DNA of 64,000 bases from IMG/VR virus record IMGVR_UViG_3300009768_000006, positions 1 through 64,000 of that record; one strand, given 5' to 3'. The DNA comes from a virus. Lineage: Duplodnaviria > Caudoviricetes. Shown here piece after piece: positions 30,181 through 38,577 of this stretch (position 1 is the stretch's first letter; each line of letters opens with the position of its first letter). Below the pieces are notes generated by a model. That model saw only the letters and a program-made list of their open reading frames with translations. It ran no database searches and was not told the origin of the DNA. The position numbers were made by a program, and so were the translations under genes.

Positions 30181-31053
30181 ATGAGAATAGCTAGAAAATT
30201 TGGTATATATTCGCAAAGTACTAAACCTACTAGTTTCGTATACAATAAACATTCTATAGTAACAACTACAGGCACTACTACTATATCTATAACTACTACT
30301 GGGTGGTATAGAATAATTGTTATAGGTAAAGGTGGTAATGGAGGAGCAGGCGCAGATGGAGCTTACATTGAAAGTCCTGAGAGTATAAGATCAGGTGGTG
30401 GAGGTGGAGGTGGAGCATCAGGAGGATGTTGTATACACTTAGTTCGATTGACTTCAGGTAATAGCTTGTCAGTATATTATAACTCTAATGCATCTATAGG
30501 AGGTATAACAGTAACGTTACCTGACTCCTCTACATTATATGCTCCTAATGGTAATAATGGAGGTAATGCTAGTAGCAGTAGCATCACAGGAGGATCTGCA
30601 GGAGCTGCAAAGAATACTACTGCTGGTGGAAACATACTGAATATAGCTTCATTAGCAGGCTACTCAGGATCAAGTGGTACGTCTAAAAGTAATCTAGGTA
30701 CAGGATGGACATTGATAAACGGAGGAAAAGGTGGAGGTACTAGGTTATCAGTTGATTCTTTGTATATGTTAGGCACTGCTAAAGAGGGTGGAGCAGGAGG
30801 AGTACCTGATTATTCGGATTCACCTCCAGGAGATCCTGGTCCTAGCGGTGACTATTCATCTACTGCTCCAGGGTTGATATTAGGTAATGCTGGAGCAGGA
30901 GGTGGCGGAAATGGCTGGAGATATTATGGTGAAAGTGGTGGAGGTGCTAGTTTGATTATTCCTGATAAATTCTACAGTAAGCTAGAAGCATCTGCAGGAT
31001 CTGGAGGTACTGGTCGTTCAGGAGGTGTCGTACTGGAGTTAGGAGTATATTAA
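30181..31053 (+). CDS. Glycine-rich tail-associated protein
   Basis: GKGGNGGAG, GGGGGGGASGG and G.GG.G..G.V motifs. ATG 30181 directly follows the upstream stop. Confidence 0.7.
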   Translation: MRIARKFGIYSQSTKPTSFVYNKHSIVTTTGTTTISITTTGWYRIIVIGKGGNGGAGADGAYIESPESIRSGGGGGGGASGGCCIHLVRLTSGNSLSVYYNSNASIGGITVTLPDSSTLYAPNGNNGGNASSSSITGGSAGAAKNTTAGGNILNIASLAGYSGSSGTSKSNLGTGWTLINGGKGGGTRLSVDSLYMLGTAKEGGAGGVPDYSDSPPGDPGPSGDYSSTAPGLILGNAGAGGGGNGWRYYGESGGGASLIIPDKFYSKLEASAGSGGTGRSGGVVLELGVY

Positions 31054-31054
31054 T

Positions 31055-31966
31055 ATGTATGAGTATCTAAGCACTAGTATGCTACAACAATTTAAAACTA
31101 CTAAAGTCAATAGATACTGGAATAGAGATATAAAAGGCAAAGGTGTTACTGTAGCTGTCTTAGATTCAGGTGTGCATGATCATAAAGATTTTAAAGGCAG
31201 ACTGCATGAACAATATGATCTATTGACTGACAAAGTATTACCTGTAGCAGATTATGATATATATGGTCATGGGACTCATGTAGCAGGATTAATAGCAGGT
31301 AGTGTTACAGGAATAGCTCCTGAAGCTGATATATTACCTATATCTGTATATGATGATCATAGATGCATCATAGAAGATATGAGCAATGCTATAGACTATA
31401 TAATTTCTTGGAGGCATCCTGTAACTAACAGGCCTGTAGATATAGTTAATATGTCTTTCACTAATTTCTACAAAATTAACTGGGATATATTAATGGATAA
31501 ACTAAAGCAGAATGGTATAACTTGTGTATGTAGTATAGGAAACTATGATAAACAAATCCCTCCTATCACAGATCAATTATTGAAAAATGATTATGTAGAT
31601 AGCAGAAAATATGATATAGAAGTTGCTAGGTATCCTGCATATCTACATTATCCTATAGTAGTAGGAGCTGTTGATGTATATGGATGTCTAACTTCTTATA
31701 CTTCTAGTTTACGTCAAGTGGATACATGTCAATTAGGTATGGATGTAATCAGCTGCTGCAATAATCCTAGGAAAGGATTGTATAGTAGTAAGTCAGGTAC
31801 TTCTATGTCTACTGCTATAGTATCAGGTATGCTAGCTCTCTACAAATGTGAAAATAATAATAGGACAGATGAAGATCTTTATAATTTATTAGTGAATAAT
31901 TATGATTCTAAATATATAGTAGACAATAAACAATACATAGTAAGTACTATGAAATTGAGAGGATGA
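31055..31966 (+). CDS. Subtilisin-like serine protease (peptidase S8)
   Basis: Catalytic triad motifs VAVLDSG, HGTHVAG and SGTSMST; oxyanion-hole GN. Confidence 0.93.
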   Translation: MYEYLSTSMLQQFKTTKVNRYWNRDIKGKGVTVAVLDSGVHDHKDFKGRLHEQYDLLTDKVLPVADYDIYGHGTHVAGLIAGSVTGIAPEADILPISVYDDHRCIIEDMSNAIDYIISWRHPVTNRPVDIVNMSFTNFYKINWDILMDKLKQNGITCVCSIGNYDKQIPPITDQLLKNDYVDSRKYDIEVARYPAYLHYPIVVGAVDVYGCLTSYTSSLRQVDTCQLGMDVISCCNNPRKGLYSSKSGTSMSTAIVSGMLALYKCENNNRTDEDLYNLLVNNYDSKYIVDNKQYIVSTMKLRG

Positions 31967-31973
31967 TATATAC

Positions 31974-32348
31974 ATGAACCTAATAGTTAATGGTAACATC
32001 ACGTTTGCAGTAGCTGAGACTGACAGAGTACCTATTAATGTATATACTAAGAATACTAGAGAATGGTATCAGCTTCATATAGTAGGTACTTACTCTGATA
32101 TACTCGCTGCGTTTACTGATTACACTTCTGTAAGATATGAATGGGAAAGTCAAGTGTATGATGTAGAAGGTAATCTATTAGAAACTAATACAGAGACAAG
32201 AGATATTAGTGAATATACTGTTCCTGGTGATATAGTAGATATGAGGGATGGTACTTTCTTCGTTTATATAGGTAAGCCTACAGAGGTGGAATTATTGCAA
32301 GAGACTATAGACAACCTAGTACTAGAGATATTATTAGGAGGAGAATAA
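31974..32348 (+). CDS. Putative tail fibre assembly protein
   Basis: Precedes an XkdX-like gene; short C-terminal coiled coil. Confidence 0.5.
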   Translation: MNLIVNGNITFAVAETDRVPINVYTKNTREWYQLHIVGTYSDILAAFTDYTSVRYEWESQVYDVEGNLLETNTETRDISEYTVPGDIVDMRDGTFFVYIGKPTEVELLQETIDNLVLEILLGGE

Positions 32349-32349
32349 T

Positions 32350-32472
32350 ATGTTATACGAGTCGCTTAGAAGACTATACAAAGCTAATAAAATCACTATT
32401 GTAGAATTGGATATAGCTATAAGCAAAGGATGGATTACTGAGATACAGAAACAATCAATCATAGACGAATAG
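32350..32472 (+). CDS. XkdX-family small protein (40 aa)
   Basis: MLYESLRRLYKANKITIVELDIAISKGWITEIQKQSIIDE, with the KGWIT motif and RBS AGGAGGAG. Below the ORF-track size cutoff. Confidence 0.8.
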   Translation: MLYESLRRLYKANKITIVELDIAISKGWITEIQKQSIIDE

Positions 32473-32485
32473 TAGGTGGAGGATT

Positions 32486-32671
32486 ATGGAATACAAGATA
32501 GGTATGCGAGTTATGCATAAATATACTAAGGATGACTTATGGATCATTCGTATAGGTAAAGAGCAGATACTATGTAGAACTCAAGATTTACGAGAAATAT
32601 GGTTCTATAAATATGAACTTGCTGAAGCTCCTAGCTACCGTATTGAATCAAAATCTACTAGATTCATATAA
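32486..32671 (+). CDS. Small hypothetical protein (SH3/Tudor-like barrel?)
   Basis: 61-aa ORF with RBS GGTGGGA; (F/Y)K.G..V...F...EL pattern. Confidence 0.55.
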   Translation: MEYKIGMRVMHKYTKDDLWIIRIGKEQILCRTQDLREIWFYKYELAEAPSYRIESKSTRFI

Positions 32672-32685
32672 TTCAGGAGGTTTCT

Positions 32686-34326
32686 ATGGAATCTCTTACG
32701 ATAATCATAAGCAATAATAGGATCAATTATAAAATAAATTCCGCTATTATAAGAAATAGTGTGAATGTGTGTACATTCAGAGTTACTTATAATGAATCAG
32801 ATTATCCTTGGCAAGATATGATAATTACAGCTCAATTTAGATCTAGGAACAATGTTGTAGCAGTAGCTCCTATAGCTAAAGATGAGATATACTCTATACC
32901 ATGGGAAGTACTTACAGATAAATCTTTTGGTATATGTTTGTATGGATCCAAAGATGCTAGCACTGCTAATTACAAGCTATATCCTACAGAAGAGACTGCT
33001 ATACCTACAGATATCTCTGGATATGATCCTGATAACGTAGGCCATCATCCTGTAAATCCTACTCCTGAAATTTACATGAGAGTATTAGAATCTGTAGAAG
33101 AGTATCAACAATTAGCAGAGCAAATATCACAGGATAAAGAGATAGTATTATCATCAAAAGAAGATACACTATCTGCTAGAGATATAGCACTAGCTGCTGC
33201 TAATGATGCATTAGTTAGCGCTAGTTATTCTACGCATCCTCCTCTTTATAATCCTGATACTGAGACATGGATGATGTGGAATGGCGAGCAGTATATTACT
33301 ACAGGATATGCAGCTAGAGGTCCACAAGGTTTATCTGGTGTATATACAGGTGAAGGAAATATAGATAATTTTAATGTAGTAATAGATGCAGCTGGACAAC
33401 CTGATATAGTTATAGATCCTCAAGGTGGCGCTGATATAGTTATAGATCCTAATGGTGATCCTGAAATACCTCATTGGAATCCTGAACTAGTAGGTACTAC
33501 TCTAACAGTAGGAACACATGGTAAGCTACGTTGGTATGGTAAGGGTGTTACATCTATCCTGCGTACAAGTGGTGACGGTAGTCCTGGTACTACTGATACT
33601 TATACGATTACTTACACAGATGGGACTACTCATGATTTCTACATAACAAATGGTCATGTTACTCCGGAAGATAGAGCGTATTTAGATGGATTACGCACGC
33701 AAGCTGCTCAATATGCTCAGGATGCTCTAGCACAAGCTACTATCGCTATGCAGAAAGCATCAGAAGCATCTGATAATAAGAACTTAGCCTATCAGTATCA
33801 GCAACAAGCTCTTATACATCAGCAAACCGCATATCAGAACATGTTAGCGGCTCAACAGGCTTCATTAATAGCGCAGCAAGCTATGTCAGATATATTAGCT
33901 ATGCTTGATGAAGATATACCTTTGATGATTGGTGGAAAAATCCAGCGTAAAAATTTAGATTCTATTTCTTTGATACGTACCGTTACAGCTAATACAAGAG
34001 CAGATATGTTAGCGCTAACATCATCTGATGTGCAAATTGGCGACGGTTGTAGGCTATTGATGGATGAAGATGGATACTCACATCTATATCAATTACAAGC
34101 TGATGATCCTAGTGTGTATGAAAATTGGCTGAAAATATCAATGCCTGACGAATATGCTAGTGAAGCTGGTCATGCTCGATCTGCTGATGAAGCTGTTAAT
34201 TCTTTGAAAACTAACGGTCATCGATTTGTGGTGATGGAACACGATCAATATGATAATGCTGTAGTAGATACAAGTGTGACTATATACTTAGTGTTTCCTA
34301 ATGGTACACAGCAAGTTCCTACATAG
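32686..34326 (+). CDS. Tail fibre/upper-baseplate-like (BppU-like) protein
   Basis: N-terminal IPWEVL...G domain, GPQG linker, GTTDTYTITYTDG module and an Ala/Gln coiled coil. Confidence 0.6.
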   Translation: MESLTIIISNNRINYKINSAIIRNSVNVCTFRVTYNESDYPWQDMIITAQFRSRNNVVAVAPIAKDEIYSIPWEVLTDKSFGICLYGSKDASTANYKLYPTEETAIPTDISGYDPDNVGHHPVNPTPEIYMRVLESVEEYQQLAEQISQDKEIVLSSKEDTLSARDIALAAANDALVSASYSTHPPLYNPDTETWMMWNGEQYITTGYAARGPQGLSGVYTGEGNIDNFNVVIDAAGQPDIVIDPQGGADIVIDPNGDPEIPHWNPELVGTTLTVGTHGKLRWYGKGVTSILRTSGDGSPGTTDTYTITYTDGTTHDFYITNGHVTPEDRAYLDGLRTQAAQYAQDALAQATIAMQKASEASDNKNLAYQYQQQALIHQQTAYQNMLAAQQASLIAQQAMSDILAMLDEDIPLMIGGKIQRKNLDSISLIRTVTANTRADMLALTSSDVQIGDGCRLLMDEDGYSHLYQLQADDPSVYENWLKISMPDEYASEAGHARSADEAVNSLKTNGHRFVVMEHDQYDNAVVDTSVTIYLVFPNGTQQVPT

Positions 34327-34376
34327 TATATATAGACACAGTACCTTCTAATAGGACGTAAGAGGTGGTTTAGCAT

Positions 34377-37300
34377 ATGCCTATTTATAGTAAGCATGCA
34401 AAAGGTATTCCTTTTATTGATACAGAGTATGGACATTTTGGCCCTGCTAAAATTTGTGCAGGAGCAGATAAAGTTAAGGCTGCTGGTTATGAGATTGTAC
34501 AAACATCTGGTAAGAATTTAAATTTAGAGAACACTTATAACTGGAAATTCGAGGATTTTAAAATTCAAGGCGGCACTGAGCAAAAGGCTGATTATCATGA
34601 AGCGTCTGGTTTGTCTGAACAAAAAGACGATGGCTATTATGAAGTAGAAGCGGAGTATACGCAAAATACGGCTTTTACGCATGAGATTGATCCTGATTAT
34701 CCTCATGGTGTTTATCCAAGTATTCCAGCAGATGATTACTCTTTTGAAATTGACGAAAAAGAATATGATGTAAGTGTACCTTTTGATTTAGGTTCTGTTG
34801 ATGATGCAAAAGACAGTATTATTTTCGATAAGTATTCTGAATTAGGATGGATTGAGAAAGATACTTGGTCTTATATTTTCGATGGGTTTGAAGATGGTTG
34901 GGATATTTACAGTTATGATGCTACCTATACGACATATAAAATTAAATTAAATTCTATATCTGCAACAAGAGTAATCACAAAATGCTACTGCAAATATTTT
35001 GAGTTTGATGTAGATTTACTTTCTAAAAATAAAGAAGGATTTTTATATGCAGAAAACCTTAGTGATGGATATGGAGTTTTATATCTTAAAATTTTAAATT
35101 CAAGATTCTCTGGTGTAGACGGACTTAGAAATTGGCTTGCGAGTTTAGAAGATAAATTAAAAATTATTATACCTTTATCTGAAACTCAATTATATAATGG
35201 CAATCAAGAAGTCTTGGTTTCAGGAGAACAGGTTTGGCTACAAGATACTATTGAAGATGAAGAATTAAGCACTCTTAAAATTGAGGGCGGCACGACACAA
35301 GTGGCTGATTATCGGGCGTGCGAGGGTGAGAGTACGCAGGACGGTGTGCCGAATCCGGGCGCGCCTGTTGACATTGAGCCATATGTCGCGGCTGGCACAT
35401 ACCGCTTCCCCGGCACAACGCTAGAGGTCACCATCCCCGCATTGCACGGCAAGGACGATGTGCGGGATATGGTGGTGTGGGATAGGCTGAGCGGGATTGC
35501 GTGGGTATACAAGCCGCTAAAATACGACACACTCACGGCTGGAAACGGCTGGACGATCACAGACGCGGCACAGGATAGCCCGTACATGTGTACGCACTTA
35601 CCGCAAGGGACGCTGGACGGTCAGACGTTGAACGGCACGATTGGGGAGAGTTTCGGAATCTTGTATCAACTAGCTACCCCCACCCGCACCCCTCTAACCG
35701 TCACGGACAACCCCGAATCGACCGCGCCCGAACTGCCGATGGAGGCTATCAGTCCTGTTTTATCACCTGACTATCCTCAATATTGGTATGACAAGGGGCT
35801 TAATAATATAGTAATACAGGGAAAAAATCAACTAGATTGTAATGGGTTGGAGGCAATGGGTGGCGCGCTTATAACCGTTGGATGCATAGCGGCAATAGCG
35901 GCGGTAATTACTTGTATGGGCGTTGCGATTATAAACGATACCGACAGGGTAACGGCTGTAAATATAGTATGGGATAACATGTCAAGTGCTCTCAAAGATT
36001 ATTTTTTGACTCAGACGGCCTTATATACTGTTGGTGTAACATCAATCATAAATATCACAAGACCTGTTTGGGATGATTTGTGCGCGTTGATTGCATCTAT
36101 TTTTACGTATGACCCTCAAACAAATACCGGGAGTATAGGTGATGTTGCTGCTCCAAAAGCGATACAAATAACAACAGAAATAGCTGATAATTTAACAATA
36201 GATAATTTTTATAATTATACTCAAGTGGCAGCCGAAGGTTTTACTTTACCATTTGATTATAAATTAAATTCGGAAACAACATTACGGATATTGGGAACAG
36301 GAAGTTATCCATATTTTAGATTTATACATAATAATGGTGATTATGTAGGTTATACACAAAGTATGATAGCAACATATAAGATATTATTTTTGCCAATGTG
36401 GGATAATTGTCCAACAGGAAATCGGTTATTTTTAGGTTGGGACACTAAAACAAGTCAATCATCAACAACACATTATTATGGATTTTTAAGGGGTGAATTA
36501 CATCCGCAAGTATTTTATAATTCGGAGAATGGAATAACTTATAGCTTGAGGATAAAATCAAACGGCGATGTAATAGCTTACAAGCAAGGATATCCGGATA
36601 TATTATTAGGTCAGAGTGTGGACAGTTGGCCAGAATTTTATTATTTATGGGTAGTCGGTAGTGTAGATCAACCAATTTTAAGTGATTCGGTCTCTTATGA
36701 AATAGATACAGATTATTTTCCAGTTGCGGGAGAATCAGCTATAGACATACCAGTTCAAGGAAGCGTTGATATTTATATTCCGGCTGATTTGGATGATTTG
36801 ACGGATATGGCGGCATCTGATTTGATAGCCTGTGTAAAACCTCCAACCATCCCAATCCCGCGACTGGCAGAAGGTGAGGTGTACGACGTGGGGACAGGGG
36901 CGTGTGATGGGCTGTGGGGAGAGAAGGTGTTTGATGGGACGGAAACAGGCTGGGCAAAATCTGGCACTTATACTGATCAAACAAGATTTTATTTCAGTGT
37001 ACCTGATGCTCTTGACAATAATGCAACAAATAATTGCCGGTGTAGTCATGTGCAGTCTTATGCGTTTGATTCCCTTCCAAGCGGAAATTTTGTTTCCGTA
37101 AACTCCTCTCCTAGAATTTATTTGCGGCTTGATGATGCATTGCTTGGTATTTTGCCAACAGATGATGACGCTACGAGGGTAGTAAAACTCAACGCTTGGT
37201 TTGCCGCCGAATACGCCGCAAATCGCCCTGTCAAAGTCCGCTACCTCCGCGCTACTCCGCTCTCCAACCCGCAGGAGCCAATCACGGCACTATGTACACA

Positions 37301-37406
37301 AAATCAAACCCGCATTTCACAAGATGGTTCATCGAATATACGTTGCAAAATCACAGCGGGTATAAAGCATCCTAAACTTAATTTTACAGAATCGGTAGGT
37401 GACTAA
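34377..37406 (+). CDS. Mosaic tail fibre/receptor-binding protein
   Basis: Repeated G.T.Q...P(D/N)YP modules, GKN[LQ]L, FDG.E.W, W......V.Y..ATP; base composition differs from the flanks. Confidence 0.7.
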   Translation: MPIYSKHAKGIPFIDTEYGHFGPAKICAGADKVKAAGYEIVQTSGKNLNLENTYNWKFEDFKIQGGTEQKADYHEASGLSEQKDDGYYEVEAEYTQNTAFTHEIDPDYPHGVYPSIPADDYSFEIDEKEYDVSVPFDLGSVDDAKDSIIFDKYSELGWIEKDTWSYIFDGFEDGWDIYSYDATYTTYKIKLNSISATRVITKCYCKYFEFDVDLLSKNKEGFLYAENLSDGYGVLYLKILNSRFSGVDGLRNWLASLEDKLKIIIPLSETQLYNGNQEVLVSGEQVWLQDTIEDEELSTLKIEGGTTQVADYRACEGESTQDGVPNPGAPVDIEPYVAAGTYRFPGTTLEVTIPALHGKDDVRDMVVWDRLSGIAWVYKPLKYDTLTAGNGWTITDAAQDSPYMCTHLPQGTLDGQTLNGTIGESFGILYQLATPTRTPLTVTDNPESTAPELPMEAISPVLSPDYPQYWYDKGLNNIVIQGKNQLDCNGLEAMGGALITVGCIAAIAAVITCMGVAIINDTDRVTAVNIVWDNMSSALKDYFLTQTALYTVGVTSIINITRPVWDDLCALIASIFTYDPQTNTGSIGDVAAPKAIQITTEIADNLTIDNFYNYTQVAAEGFTLPFDYKLNSETTLRILGTGSYPYFRFIHNNGDYVGYTQSMIATYKILFLPMWDNCPTGNRLFLGWDTKTSQSSTTHYYGFLRGELHPQVFYNSENGITYSLRIKSNGDVIAYKQGYPDILLGQSVDSWPEFYYLWVVGSVDQPILSDSVSYEIDTDYFPVAGESAIDIPVQGSVDIYIPADLDDLTDMAASDLIACVKPPTIPIPRLAEGEVYDVGTGACDGLWGEKVFDGTETGWAKSGTYTDQTRFYFSVPDALDNNATNNCRCSHVQSYAFDSLPSGNFVSVNSSPRIYLRLDDALLGILPTDDDATRVVKLNAWFAAEYAANRPVKVRYLRATPLSNPQEPITALCTQNQTRISQDGSSNIRCKITAGIKHPKLNFTESVGD

Positions 37407-37409
37407 CAT

Positions 37410-38489
37410 ATGTGTGCAGTTTTAAATTTTACGCCAACCACAAAAGAGTTATCACCTACATATCCAAGACCAATAGAGCCTTATGTAAAAGCAGGTTTTT
37501 ATAGACTACCCGGCACCAATAAAGAGATAAATATACCTGATTTATATGGTATGAGTACCGAGTTAGACATGGTAGCGTGGGATAGACTTAGTGGAATTGC
37601 ATGGGTAAACAAACTATTAAAGTATGATATGCTCGTTGCTGGTAACACTTGGGCATTATCTGATGCAATGATAAACAGCCCATATTTGTGTACTCACTTG
37701 CCACAAGGGAATTTAAGTGGGCAGAGTTTAACAGGAGAAATCCAAGAGAATTTTTACATTTTGTATCAACTCGCTACCCCCACCCGCACCCCTCTTACAA
37801 TCACAGAAAATCTATCATCCACAGCTCCATATCTACCAATGGAGGCGTTATCAGTAGATTTAAGCCCTAATTATCCTCAATATTGGTATGACAAAGGCGA
37901 GAACAACGTGCTTATAAAAGACCAATTTGGCGTAACACAACAGACCATCCCTATTCCAAAACTGGCAGAGGATGAAATATATAATACTGATTCAGAAGTG
38001 ATGGATGGACTGTGGATTGATTTGCTATTGCTAGATTTAGCATGGGATAGAGTTACAGACTTTGTGGAGGTAGTAGGATACAAAACGTTTATCTGTTCCA
38101 CTTTACCAGAACCGCTAGATAGCAGTATGTCTGGTTATTGTTCTCATTTTACAGTAGGGTCTACGCCAATATATAATGCACCATATTGTTGTATTTATTA
38201 TACTCCAACTGGTGCAATAAATATTACAATTCAAGATTCCTTGACTGGCATAACATCGACCGATTCAAACGCTCAAATGGTCACTAAGTTCGTAGCATGG
38301 ATGACAGCGGAATCAACGGCTGGTCGCCCTGTCAAAGTCCGCTACCGTCGCGCCACACCGCTATCCACCCCCCAGACCCCCATTATAGTACGAACACATT
38401 ATCCAGAAACAATCATTAGGCAAGATGGTAATGATGAAATCCAGTCTGAAATTACTGCGACGTATAAGGTAATTGATTTAGAAGCGTAG
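37410..38489 (+). CDS. Tail fibre/RBP paralog of parts of 34377..37406
   Basis: Shares IEPYV, WDRLSGIAWV, SPY.CTHLPQG, ILYQLATPTRTPL, YPQYWYDKG and RPVKVRY.RATPLS. Confidence 0.75.
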   Translation: MCAVLNFTPTTKELSPTYPRPIEPYVKAGFYRLPGTNKEINIPDLYGMSTELDMVAWDRLSGIAWVNKLLKYDMLVAGNTWALSDAMINSPYLCTHLPQGNLSGQSLTGEIQENFYILYQLATPTRTPLTITENLSSTAPYLPMEALSVDLSPNYPQYWYDKGENNVLIKDQFGVTQQTIPIPKLAEDEIYNTDSEVMDGLWIDLLLLDLAWDRVTDFVEVVGYKTFICSTLPEPLDSSMSGYCSHFTVGSTPIYNAPYCCIYYTPTGAINITIQDSLTGITSTDSNAQMVTKFVAWMTAESTAGRPVKVRYRRATPLSTPQTPIIVRTHYPETIIRQDGNDEIQSEITATYKVIDLEA

Positions 38490-38577
38490 CATACAAGTAG
38501 TACTATACTAATATTTATGTATTGTATATAATCTAGTAGAACTATCATTATGTACTCTTAAAAAGGGGGACGTATAA

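Noticed and set aside
33401-33450. 20-bp direct repeat CTGATATAGTTATAGATCCT with a 30-bp period
   Set aside because: Simple in-frame duplication encoding DIVIDP; no evidence of a regulatory role.
35365-37900. Paired repeats in tail-fibre genes as a DGR template/variable region
   Set aside because: Differences are not adenine-specific and are largely synonymous, both copies are coding, and there is no reverse transcriptase in the window.
34377-38489. Invertible tail-fibre shufflon
   Set aside because: All modules are in direct orientation; no inverted recombination sites or invertase were seen.
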